From Alphaproteobacteria bacterium (GTDB lineage: Bacteria > Pseudomonadota > Alphaproteobacteria > CAAHEQ01 > UBA3637), in NCBI GenBank assembly GCA_045605805.1, contig JAZUQR010000026.1, forward strand, positions 6,101 through 70,100: a stretch of 64,000 bases of DNA, given 5' to 3'. This document shows, piece by piece, positions 40,060 to 48,917 of the stretch. Within the stretch, counting starts at the first letter, position 1; every line of letters begins with the position of its first letter. Under the pieces are notes generated by a model, which worked only from the letters and a program-made list of their open reading frames with translations, did no database searches and had not been told where the DNA came from. The position numbers and the translations under genes were made by a program.

Positions 40060-40953
40060 ATGCTGATACTGAACATCAATGGGCCAATGAATTCTGGGAA
40101 ATCTACGGTTTCTAAGATTTTGGTGAATATGCTCCCTAACGCCACTTTTATTGAAGTGGATGAATTAATGAGTGATGAGGAACAAGAAAAACTGGGGCTA
40201 TCCCTGCAACAAGGGTGGCGGGAACGTCATAAACGATTAAATCAGAAATTAAGGGCTCTTAAAAAATCGCATGAGTATGAAACTGTGATTTTTGCTTATC
40301 CGATTGCTGACAATACTTATCAGGATTGGAAAATGCTGGAGGATAACCACACAAAGTTTTTGAACATTACCCTTGCGCCCAGTTTGGAAGAATGTTTGAA
40401 AAATCGTGGCACACGAGAACTCACCGATTGGGAAAGAAATCGCATTCGTGAAATGTATGAAGAGGGATATCAAAACCGCCCATACGCCGACTTTATCATC
40501 AATAATGACCATCAAACACCCAAAGAAACTGCTGAGATTATTAAAGGATTTATTGAACATGCTCTCTCCCCAAAACAACAATGGTTACATTTGGTGGAAA
40601 AACGTTGGCCCGCCCTTTTGAACGGAGAAAAAACTTCCACTTTCCGTTTCAATGAAGGTTTCATCCATAAGGGCTTCTTGGTTTATAAAGACTGCCCAAA
40701 CGAACAGTTGGCCGAGGTTGTTTATGTGACACATGTGTATTATGTGCCTTTGCGCCAAGCCAATGAAATAGACGGATATGATGAGCATACACCGGATATG
40801 GAAACAGCCTTAAAACAAATGCGTGTTCATTATCCAGATATTACTTTGGATACGCCCATTTTATTTGCTCAGCACTTAGGAGTTCCTGAAACCAAACAGA
40901 AATATCCAGAAGAAGTTAAAGAAATATTGGAGAAAATGAATGTCAAAAACTAA
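40060..40953 (+). CDS. P-loop small-molecule kinase (CPT/zeta/uridine-kinase-like) fused to a C-terminal ASCH-like domain
   Basis: Walker A 'INGPMNSGKSTV'. C-terminal 'LLNGEKTSTFRFNEGFIHKG' ASCH-like. Confidence 0.5.
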   Translation: MLILNINGPMNSGKSTVSKILVNMLPNATFIEVDELMSDEEQEKLGLSLQQGWRERHKRLNQKLRALKKSHEYETVIFAYPIADNTYQDWKMLEDNHTKFLNITLAPSLEECLKNRGTRELTDWERNRIREMYEEGYQNRPYADFIINNDHQTPKETAEIIKGFIEHALSPKQQWLHLVEKRWPALLNGEKTSTFRFNEGFIHKGFLVYKDCPNEQLAEVVYVTHVYYVPLRQANEIDGYDEHTPDMETALKQMRVHYPDITLDTPILFAQHLGVPETKQKYPEEVKEILEKMNVKN

Positions 40954-41347
40954 ATTATCAGTATGTGGTGTCATTGTACATCAGAGCAAATTTCTAATAG
41001 TCAAACGTTCTGAAACAGATGACTTTTTGCCAAATTGTTGGGAATTCCCTGGTGGTGGTGTAGAAGATGGTGAAACAATATCCGAAGCCTTGAAACGAGA
41101 AATAAAAGAAGAAATAGGTTGGGATATATCAAATGAATATCCAAAACTCATCGGTATTTCTGAAGAGTTTATGAATGAAGAAAAAACAGAAAGATATTTA
41201 CAATTAAATTATAAGATTGTTATGGACACAGAACCCAACATGACACTCAGTTCCGAACATGTCGCTTTTGATTGGGCGGACACGACCGATTCCAGATTGG
41301 ACGATTTTCTAAAAGAGATTATTAGGCAACTGAATACAACAATCTAA
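40940..41347 (+). CDS. Nudix hydrolase
   Basis: 'GGGVEDGETISEALKREIKEEIGWD'. Confidence 0.7.
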   Translation: MSKTKLSVCGVIVHQSKFLIVKRSETDDFLPNCWEFPGGGVEDGETISEALKREIKEEIGWDISNEYPKLIGISEEFMNEEKTERYLQLNYKIVMDTEPNMTLSSEHVAFDWADTTDSRLDDFLKEIIRQLNTTI

Positions 41348-41729
41348 ACTCTTCGCATTCTAACATTGTGTCAGGGGTAATGTCTTTCCAATATGCCTTG
41401 TGAATTTTGCGCCAAGTAGCAAGGGTTTTATCTCCTTCGCCTTCTTTACGAGCAAAATCGGCATCTACATTATTAAAAGGAACAACAGAGACTTTGGTAT
41501 CCTCAATAATTGCTTGAGCATTACCAGTAGAATCTAGGATAATACTGATATCTCCTGCTTGATTGGTATTGCCACCTCGATAAATGCAACTAGTGGCCGT
41601 TTTCTCGCCACTTATGACCAATTGCAACAACTCATCTGGTTTGTCGCCAAAAGTAAAGATGTCATAAGATTTGCCTTTATATGATGGGAACTTTTCAACA
41701 AACTCTTTCCATAATTGTTCGGGAGTCAT
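41322..41729 (-). CDS. ASCH-domain protein
   Basis: 'FTFGDKPDELLQLVISGEKTATS' canonical ASCH N-terminal motif. Confidence 0.65.
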   Translation of the reverse strand: MTPEQLWKEFVEKFPSYKGKSYDIFTFGDKPDELLQLVISGEKTATSCIYRGGNTNQAGDISIILDSTGNAQAIIEDTKVSVVPFNNVDADFARKEGEGDKTLATWRKIHKAYWKDITPDTMLECEEFRLLYSVA

Positions 41730-41983
41730 TTGTTTCGCGCTCCTTTTACCCCAAAGACAGCTTTGAAGTTATACCTGTTCTTGTGAATAAGTTCAACCCC
41801 ATGGGCTTTGGATATAACCAGAACATATTTGCCTATCCACAGACGAAAGTAATAACTTTTAATGGCTAATTTAATATTTTCTTTTGTGCGATATTCAGTA
41901 CCATCAGCCCGCTCCACTTCAACACTTCGGCCGAAGCCAAAGCGATTGTTATCCAAATCAAATCCGTATTCAATGTAAATCAT
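41726..41983 (-). CDS. Hypothetical small protein in RM operon
   Basis: ATGA-coupled to downstream ASCH gene and overlaps upstream phosphatase gene. Confidence 0.4.
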   Translation of the reverse strand: MIYIEYGFDLDNNRFGFGRSVEVERADGTEYRTKENIKLAIKSYYFRLWIGKYVLVISKAHGVELIHKNRYNFKAVFGVKGARNK

Positions 41984-42440
41984 TTTTCTCCAAATAATCT
42001 AAAAACGCTTGGCAACCTTCATAAATATCCCAATAGGTTTCATCAAAGTTGCCAGTGTACCAAGGGTCTTTAACTGGTCGAGGATTTTGGGTGAAGTCCA
42101 ACAGACGATGCACTTTATGGTCTTTATCCTCGCCAACGATATCCAAAATATCCCGCACATTGTTATCGTCCATCGCCAAAATATAGTCAAATTTATCATA
42201 GTCGGACTTGCGAATTTGACGCGAGTAGTGTTGGGTGAAAGGGACTTTCATCTGCCGAAGCATATCCGCCGCTCGGTAATCCAGCGCCTCATGCACCATT
42301 TCGTTATACCCCTCTGTCGCGGCAGAGACAATTTCAAACTTGTCCGCTACACCTTTCTCAGCGACCATTTGCTTCATCACAAATTCCGCCATTGGCGACC
42401 GACAAATATTTCCAAGACATACGAATAGAACTTTAATCAT
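41970..42440 (-). CDS. Low-molecular-weight protein-tyrosine phosphatase / ArsC-like
   Basis: 'VLFVCLGNICRSPMAE' CX5R P-loop and 'DPWY' motif. TAATG overlap with hsdR stop. Confidence 0.8.
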   Translation of the reverse strand: MIKVLFVCLGNICRSPMAEFVMKQMVAEKGVADKFEIVSAATEGYNEMVHEALDYRAADMLRQMKVPFTQHYSRQIRKSDYDKFDYILAMDDNNVRDILDIVGEDKDHKVHRLLDFTQNPRPVKDPWYTGNFDETYWDIYEGCQAFLDYLEKNDLH

Positions 42441-45400
42441 TAAGCAACCCTCACATTGTCTGTCCAAAGTTCACATTGAGTCATAACCGTTTCAACGGCA
42501 TCCTCTACACCTTCTGGGGGATACTTATGCTTTTTCAATAACTTTTTAATAAGCATACGCATCTTTGCACGAGCATTCTCACGCCTTTGCCAGTCAATTG
42601 TTTTATTTTTACGCAGTGTTTCTGTTAGTTCTTTTGTAATGGCAACTAATTCGTCATTTTCATAAAAATCCTTAACTGCTTGAGGCTTTGTTAATGCATC
42701 ATAAAAGGCAACTTCTTCTGGTGTTAATCCTAAATCTGCCCCTTCCTTTTGGGCCTCCGAAATTTGTTTTGCCAGGCTGAGTAACTCTTCTATTACCTGC
42801 TCGTTGGTAAGCATACCATTTAGGTAGCGGTTCATAATTGCCTGAATTATTTCACTAAACTTTTCAGAACGCACAACGTTTGTTTTACGGTAAATAGAAA
42901 TTTGTTCTGCAATTAATTTTTTCAAAAGTTCAAGGGCTAAATTCTTTTGTTTCATTTTTGAAATTTCTTCCAAAAACTTCGGATCAAACAAAGAAAATTC
43001 TTTCTTTACATCAGAAAATAAATTAATAACGCCATCGCTTTTTATACTTTGTTTCAGCAACTCATTAATACGTTCATTCATTTCCTTCAAAGAAATCTTT
43101 TTGCCTTCTCCTGCATTAGTTAAGCGTAAGGTCAAAACACGAACGGCTTCCATAAAAGCGGCTTCTATGCGTTTTTCTTCCTTAACAATAGAAGAACACA
43201 AAGATAAGGATTGATGTAGCATCAAGGCATGCTTCAGGAATTGTTCTTTTTTCTTATCTGTTCCAATAATAAAGTTTACTGCCCCACTAATAAGCTCAGC
43301 ACGCTTTAAATTACTACCCGTCATAAATTGTTGATAATCAAATCCATGCAATAAATCACGACAAACACTTAATTTTTCTTCAAATTCTTTAAGTGCTGTT
43401 TCAGCGATATTCATATTTCCATAGTTCTTTTTATCACGAACTGTGTAATCGTTCATCGCTTGTTTCAGCGCATTTGCAATTCCGACATAATCTACAACAA
43501 GTCCACCTTCTTTATCCTCAAATACACGATTAACGCGAGCTATTGCCTGCATTAAATTATGTCCCATCATTGGTTTATAAACATACATCGTTGCCAAAGA
43601 AGGTACATCAAATCCGGTCAACCACATATCCACCACAATGGCAATTTTTAGAGGATCTTTGTTATCCTTAAATTTACGGGCCAACGCTTCTTTATGAGAT
43701 TTATTTCCAATGATTTGACGCCAATCTTCTGGGTCATCATTACTAGAAGTCATCACAACCCCCACTTTTTCTTTCCAATTGGGACGTAATTTTAAGATTT
43801 CTTCATAAATTTTCAAAGCAATAGGACGTGAATAAGCAACAATCATCGCCTTTCCAGTAAGCAAGTTTTCCCGATAATTTTCATAGTGGTCTATAATATC
43901 GTTTACCAAGGAATGAATAGTGTTATCATTCCCCAGAATTGCTTCCATTTGCCCAAGTTTCTTTTTACTTGCTTCAATGACTTCAGGATCTGCATTTTGG
44001 GCCATTAAATCATATTCATCATCAATTTTCTTGAGTGTTTCTTTATCCAGATTCAACTTAACCACTCGACTTTCATAGTAAACGGGGCGAGTTGCTCCAT
44101 CTTCCACAGCCTGTGTCATATCATAGATATCAATATAATTTCCAAACACTTCTTGCGTATTTCTGTCTTTTTTGGAAATAGGTGTCCCCGTAAACCCGAT
44201 AAATGTTGCATTTGGAAGACTATTGCGGATAACACGAGCAGTCCCTGTTTTAATTTTCCCGTCTTTGGTTATTTTTTCCGCCAAACCATATTGCCCCCGA
44301 TGAGCTTCATCTGCCATCACAATAATATTCCGGCGAGTGGACAATGGCTCTTCGGATTCTTCAAACTTCTGCATCGTTGTAAAGAAAATCCCATTGGCCT
44401 TGATACCATTTAATAACTTTTTCAAATGTTCCCGACTAGTTGCTTGAACGGGTTCTTGTCTTAAAAAGTCTTTACATTTGGCAAATTGTCCATAGAGTTG
44501 ATCGTCCAAATCATTGCGGTCTGTTAGTACCACAATTGTCGGACTGTTTAAAGCACTTTGTAGCAGGTGGGCATAAAACACCATAGATAAAGATTTACCA
44601 GAACCTTGTGTATGCCAAAACACACCACCTTTACCATCTGTTTCTGTTGCTTTTTGAGTTGAAGTAATGGCTTTTTTCACCGCGAAGTATTGGTGATATC
44701 CGGCCAAGATCTTTTTGCTTCCTTTATTTTCATTGGAAAAGCAAATAAAGTTCTTCAAAATATCCAAGAGTCTCTCTTTTGGAAAGATGCCTTTAAAAAA
44801 AGTATCAAACTGTGCGTGTTGGGTATTTTCATATTTTCCATCCACAGTTTTCCATTCCATAAAGCGTGTTTCATCAGAAGTAATCGTTCCCGCCTTGGAT
44901 GTCAATAAATCGCTTGTGACGCAAATAGCGTTATAGATAAACATAGAGGGGATTTCATGTTTATAGTTTTGGATTTGGCGATATGCCTCGGAGGCATCTG
45001 TTTCTTCACGGGAAGGAGATTTCAACTCCATCAAAACCAAAGGCAATCCGTTCACAAATAACAAAATATCCGGACGTTTTTCGCTGTTTTCAATAAAGGT
45101 CCATTGGTTAGCTACAATAAAAGAGTTTTTATCAGGTCTATTATAATCAATCAAATAAACAATGGTATCTTTGGGTTCTCCCTTTTCTGTATAGCGAACC
45201 GTAATACCACTTTGCAAATACTCCATAAACACAGCATTCTTTTGTGTTAGTTCTGCGTTCTCAAAGTTCTTTAATTTTGTTAAGGCCTCTTTAATCGCCA
45301 CTTCGGGAAGTTTAGGATTCAAGCGGCACAAAGCATCAATCAACTCATCTTCGTATAAGGGAGAATGAAAATCCCGACTTTCTAAATCAGGCCCATAGAC

Positions 45401-45487
45401 ATACCGATACCCCATCCCCTCAAACAACTCTATTACAGAGTTTTCATAAGCTTCTTCATTTACAGGATTGATAAAAGTATCGGTCAT
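42440..45487 (-). CDS. hsdR: Type I restriction enzyme R subunit
   Basis: 'TQGSGKSLSM' motif I, 'MADEAHRGQ' DEAH box, 1015 aa, HsdR N-terminal nuclease region. Confidence 0.9.
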   Translation of the reverse strand: MTDTFINPVNEEAYENSVIELFEGMGYRYVYGPDLESRDFHSPLYEDELIDALCRLNPKLPEVAIKEALTKLKNFENAELTQKNAVFMEYLQSGITVRYTEKGEPKDTIVYLIDYNRPDKNSFIVANQWTFIENSEKRPDILLFVNGLPLVLMELKSPSREETDASEAYRQIQNYKHEIPSMFIYNAICVTSDLLTSKAGTITSDETRFMEWKTVDGKYENTQHAQFDTFFKGIFPKERLLDILKNFICFSNENKGSKKILAGYHQYFAVKKAITSTQKATETDGKGGVFWHTQGSGKSLSMVFYAHLLQSALNSPTIVVLTDRNDLDDQLYGQFAKCKDFLRQEPVQATSREHLKKLLNGIKANGIFFTTMQKFEESEEPLSTRRNIIVMADEAHRGQYGLAEKITKDGKIKTGTARVIRNSLPNATFIGFTGTPISKKDRNTQEVFGNYIDIYDMTQAVEDGATRPVYYESRVVKLNLDKETLKKIDDEYDLMAQNADPEVIEASKKKLGQMEAILGNDNTIHSLVNDIIDHYENYRENLLTGKAMIVAYSRPIALKIYEEILKLRPNWKEKVGVVMTSSNDDPEDWRQIIGNKSHKEALARKFKDNKDPLKIAIVVDMWLTGFDVPSLATMYVYKPMMGHNLMQAIARVNRVFEDKEGGLVVDYVGIANALKQAMNDYTVRDKKNYGNMNIAETALKEFEEKLSVCRDLLHGFDYQQFMTGSNLKRAELISGAVNFIIGTDKKKEQFLKHALMLHQSLSLCSSIVKEEKRIEAAFMEAVRVLTLRLTNAGEGKKISLKEMNERINELLKQSIKSDGVINLFSDVKKEFSLFDPKFLEEISKMKQKNLALELLKKLIAEQISIYRKTNVVRSEKFSEIIQAIMNRYLNGMLTNEQVIEELLSLAKQISEAQKEGADLGLTPEEVAFYDALTKPQAVKDFYENDELVAITKELTETLRKNKTIDWQRRENARAKMRMLIKKLLKKHKYPPEGVEDAVETVMTQCELWTDNVRVA

Positions 45488-46338
45488 TTTTTCTCCTTTA
45501 ATCCTTTAAGAAATTCAGCCATTTTGTTTTTCCGTTCTTTATTATCTTTAGCCAAAACGCAGAATAAAAGCAATTGATAAATTTCATCATACCACTTTTC
45601 TAATTCTTCATTGGTCAGATTTGTTACTAGATTATTTTTCTTTTTACCTGCCTTGTTATTATGACGAATATCTAAATTATTAAGCATATTCTTTGCAGTT
45701 TTGAAATAATCAGTGAATCCGTCAATAGGATTATCTAAAATAGGTTCATATTCCTGAGCAATTCGACGTAAAATATCTTTTTTTTCTGCTAATTGTCCCT
45801 TTAATGATGCATGATGGTATTTTAAAATTGCCATTGCTGTATCTGTAGAGGAAATTTCTGCTACAGCTGTTGCAGCAGGATTTTTAGGAATTAAAATAAC
45901 TTTTTCTTCTTCAGTAAATATCTTCTTTTCATGGTGAATATGTTCTAAAAGCAAATCTATATTACTCAAAAGCATAGGATATTCATTATAATACTGAAAA
46001 TTAATATTTTGACGACCAACTCCTCGCTTCTGTATCAATAAATTTATAAGATTAAGATAATACTCTAAAATTGTTACCATTTCATCAGTGGTATCCACAT
46101 GTTCTGAAATGAATATTTTGTGTCTCATTTCATCACAGTTTAAGCAACTTCCTCTTTGCTTCCAATTTACAAAAGCATAACTATCTACCATTTGTTCAAT
46201 AGTTCCCTGTGTTTGTTGAAAATTTAAAGGATTTGTATACACCAACATTGCGGTATTAAATAATTTAACAATTTTTCGAAATTCTTTTTGAAAATCATAC
46301 TTGCTTGCTAAAATTTCAAAGATATTTTTACGAGTCAT
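45484..46338 (-). CDS. Uncharacterised protein embedded between hsdS and hsdR (284 aa)
   Basis: ATGA overlaps on both sides. No motif I can assign. Confidence 0.55.
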   Translation of the reverse strand: MTRKNIFEILASKYDFQKEFRKIVKLFNTAMLVYTNPLNFQQTQGTIEQMVDSYAFVNWKQRGSCLNCDEMRHKIFISEHVDTTDEMVTILEYYLNLINLLIQKRGVGRQNINFQYYNEYPMLLSNIDLLLEHIHHEKKIFTEEEKVILIPKNPAATAVAEISSTDTAMAILKYHHASLKGQLAEKKDILRRIAQEYEPILDNPIDGFTDYFKTAKNMLNNLDIRHNNKAGKKKNNLVTNLTNEELEKWYDEIYQLLLFCVLAKDNKERKNKMAEFLKGLKEKK

Positions 46339-46808
46339 GGGGCATCCTTTTTATTTTCCAGTGGCTTATTAAAACAATCGATATTCTTTTTTAGTTCTAC
46401 TGTTAAATCGTTGGTTACAGCATATATTTTATAATCTTTTATATTGGCAATATCTTTATTAGTATTATCATCTATTTTGGGAATAAAAACAGTATTATAG
46501 GGAGATATCACAAGGGGACTCCCTAACGCGGTCCAAAAACCACTTTGCGTATTATTATCTTCTACATATATACGGTAAATAACTTCCGTTTTATTTTTAT
46601 GATTAACAATGCAAAAGTTTGTTATATTTGCCTTTTGAGTCTTGTGATCATACATTGCTGTCGGCAAAACAATAGATAAATCGTGCCCCGTTCTTTCTTG
46701 TTTATCATCTTTTGCTATCTTTGCCATGGTCTTGGTAAGGAAAAATATGGCAATTGTCAAAATTAACATTGATGTTGATAAAACTATGTTCCAATCTATA
46801 TAAACCAT
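46335..46808 (-). CDS. Uncharacterised membrane-anchored protein embedded in RM operon (~157 aa)
   Basis: N-terminal TM 'VLSTSMLILTIAIFFL'. ATG at 46808 preferred over TTG at 46814. Confidence 0.5.
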   Translation of the reverse strand: MVYIDWNIVLSTSMLILTIAIFFLTKTMAKIAKDDKQERTGHDLSIVLPTAMYDHKTQKANITNFCIVNHKNKTEVIYRIYVEDNNTQSGFWTALGSPLVISPYNTVFIPKIDDNTNKDIANIKDYKIYAVTNDLTVELKKNIDCFNKPLENKKDAP

Positions 46809-46810
46809 AT

Positions 46811-48022
46811 TCAAACCTCCACATTATCGACATTGATTTTGCCGGACATGAGTTTGGGTAATAAAGTGTCTCGAAGTGCAGACAACTGGATATTTTCTCT
46901 TTGGTTTGCTTTAATTTGTGCAAACATTGGAGAAATCACAGAATGGAAATCTTTCAATTCAGATTCTTCTGGCATAACAAAAGGCATTGATTTAATAATT
47001 TTTGAATTAACGGCAGTTGCAATGGATGACGTGCTCCCCATTGTTTGAAAATTAAAGTTTTTCAAATAATAATACAAATATTCGTTTATTTCTTTTTTAT
47101 CTGTTCCAAAATGAGCAATGGCTTCGTTTGTTGCCATTTCTCCATCTGTAATTGCAATTCTTCCAACAGTCAGTTTAAAGCTCAATAGAACAGTATTATC
47201 TGGTACAATTTTAACATTAAATTTGGAAATTGACTCTGGAACTAAATATTCAGAACTATCAGAAATATACAGCCCACAATTTCCCATATCGGATATAGAT
47301 ATCCATTTAATATCATTAGTGTTTTTTGAAAACCATTCAGGCTCTTTTCGGGGAGGAGTTTTCCCGATTGTAATATTAAAAAATTCTTCAGCTTTTATCG
47401 TTTTTCTGTTTGGATTTATTTTATCTATGAACCAAGATTTAAAGAGGGCTTGGGCTTGGAGTTCGAGGTTTTGATTGATTTTGTTGTTCAGCTCTATCTT
47501 ATCATCCAGAGCCCCCAACACCCCCGCAATCTTCCTCTGCACCTCCACTGGCGGTATATTTACAGGGATGGAATACAAATGTCCAACCTTTATGCTAGGT
47601 TGTACAGAACTTATATTCAATGCTTGTATATAACTTTGTATATTGGGTTGAGATAAACAATAATACATGAATGTAGAGTCAATGTCCTCTTTATACTGCA
47701 TGGCAATGATGTTTTGCGCTATACACCCCTTATCTTGCGGCATTAAAGCAACTTTTCCAATGTTTCCAACAGTTGTTATTAAAACATCTTTTGGGTTGGG
47801 ATGTCCACTTCGAAACCAATTCTGATACGTTTCAATATTAACAAATTTTGATGCAGAAGCCAAATCTGGGTATCTATCTCCAGCTTTTAATAAGTTGCTT
47901 TCAAGTAGAGGAATGATACCTTCCGTATCCAAGGGTGCATTCTTTCCCCGGTTATCAATTGTATTTTTAACCAAATCCCCTAATTTAATCTCTCGCCAAC
48001 CTGACATTATATTATTTGCCAT
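46811..48022 (-). CDS. hsdS: Type I restriction-modification specificity subunit
   Basis: Two target-recognition-domain halves with conserved central/C-terminal helices. Start MANNIMSGW with RBS aggga. Confidence 0.8.
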   Translation of the reverse strand: MANNIMSGWREIKLGDLVKNTIDNRGKNAPLDTEGIIPLLESNLLKAGDRYPDLASASKFVNIETYQNWFRSGHPNPKDVLITTVGNIGKVALMPQDKGCIAQNIIAMQYKEDIDSTFMYYCLSQPNIQSYIQALNISSVQPSIKVGHLYSIPVNIPPVEVQRKIAGVLGALDDKIELNNKINQNLELQAQALFKSWFIDKINPNRKTIKAEEFFNITIGKTPPRKEPEWFSKNTNDIKWISISDMGNCGLYISDSSEYLVPESISKFNVKIVPDNTVLLSFKLTVGRIAITDGEMATNEAIAHFGTDKKEINEYLYYYLKNFNFQTMGSTSSIATAVNSKIIKSMPFVMPEESELKDFHSVISPMFAQIKANQRENIQLSALRDTLLPKLMSGKINVDNVEV

Positions 48023-48032
48023 CAAATATTCC

Positions 48033-48917
48033 CTATTTTTTAATAAGTTCATATAGCAAAGGAAAGTTACTTTTTTGGTAAGAATCCAAGTATTGGCTTG
48101 GAATGTCCTTTAATGTTTCATTATTAAATTCATAGATATCAACAATTTCCCTTGAAACAATTTTTTCTTCACCATTTTTCTGTAATTTATTATATCTTAC
48201 CAAGGCTAAAATAGTATCATTTTGATTGCTACGACGCAATGGATGCTTTCCTAATAAAAACTCCTCTCTAAACTTCTGGTCTTTTATTGATGCAATTAAT
48301 GTTGTATTATTTTCTAAATCTTTAAAATTCCAATTTCCCTCTGTTTCCGTATTAATTGGTTTGTATATAACTAGTTTCTGGATTTTATATACGGGATCTA
48401 AATTTCTTATGATATCCCCTTCCACATATTTGAGAAAATCTTTTCTTTTAATTGGAAAGGTATGTTCATTAGAAAAACCAACCCCATTAATATGGTTATT
48501 TAGCCAACACCTTTTATAAAAGTTTGATTTTGCATTAAGTGCAGCATCCAAATTTATCGATGCAGGAATTTCGATATGTTCTTGCAACATGAAGCCAGAA
48601 AACATTTCAGAAATATATTGTCCGGCGTTTTCCCCCAATTCATTTAGGCTCTTCCCTGTTAATCCTTTAATAAAACCAGGCACAAATTCATTAAACAAAA
48701 ATGATCCCAAAAACAAACAAATTGTAAATTTTCCTTTAAAAGAACCTTCTTCTGTTGCATTTAAATATATTTGATAATCCGTGTCCTTAAAACAGGTTTT
48801 TGTAATATTTTTATATATCAATTCAATTTGCTGTGATAAAAAAATAAAATCAGATAATTCCAACGCATGTGTTGGGGTATCTAAATGTAATATAAATTCA
48901 CTCTTTTGTTCAGTCAT
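48033..48917 (-). CDS. Uncharacterised protein embedded between hsdM and hsdS (294 aa)
   Basis: ATGA overlap with hsdM stop. No recognisable motif. Confidence 0.55.
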   Translation of the reverse strand: MTEQKSEFILHLDTPTHALELSDFIFLSQQIELIYKNITKTCFKDTDYQIYLNATEEGSFKGKFTICLFLGSFLFNEFVPGFIKGLTGKSLNELGENAGQYISEMFSGFMLQEHIEIPASINLDAALNAKSNFYKRCWLNNHINGVGFSNEHTFPIKRKDFLKYVEGDIIRNLDPVYKIQKLVIYKPINTETEGNWNFKDLENNTTLIASIKDQKFREEFLLGKHPLRRSNQNDTILALVRYNKLQKNGEEKIVSREIVDIYEFNNETLKDIPSQYLDSYQKSNFPLLYELIKK

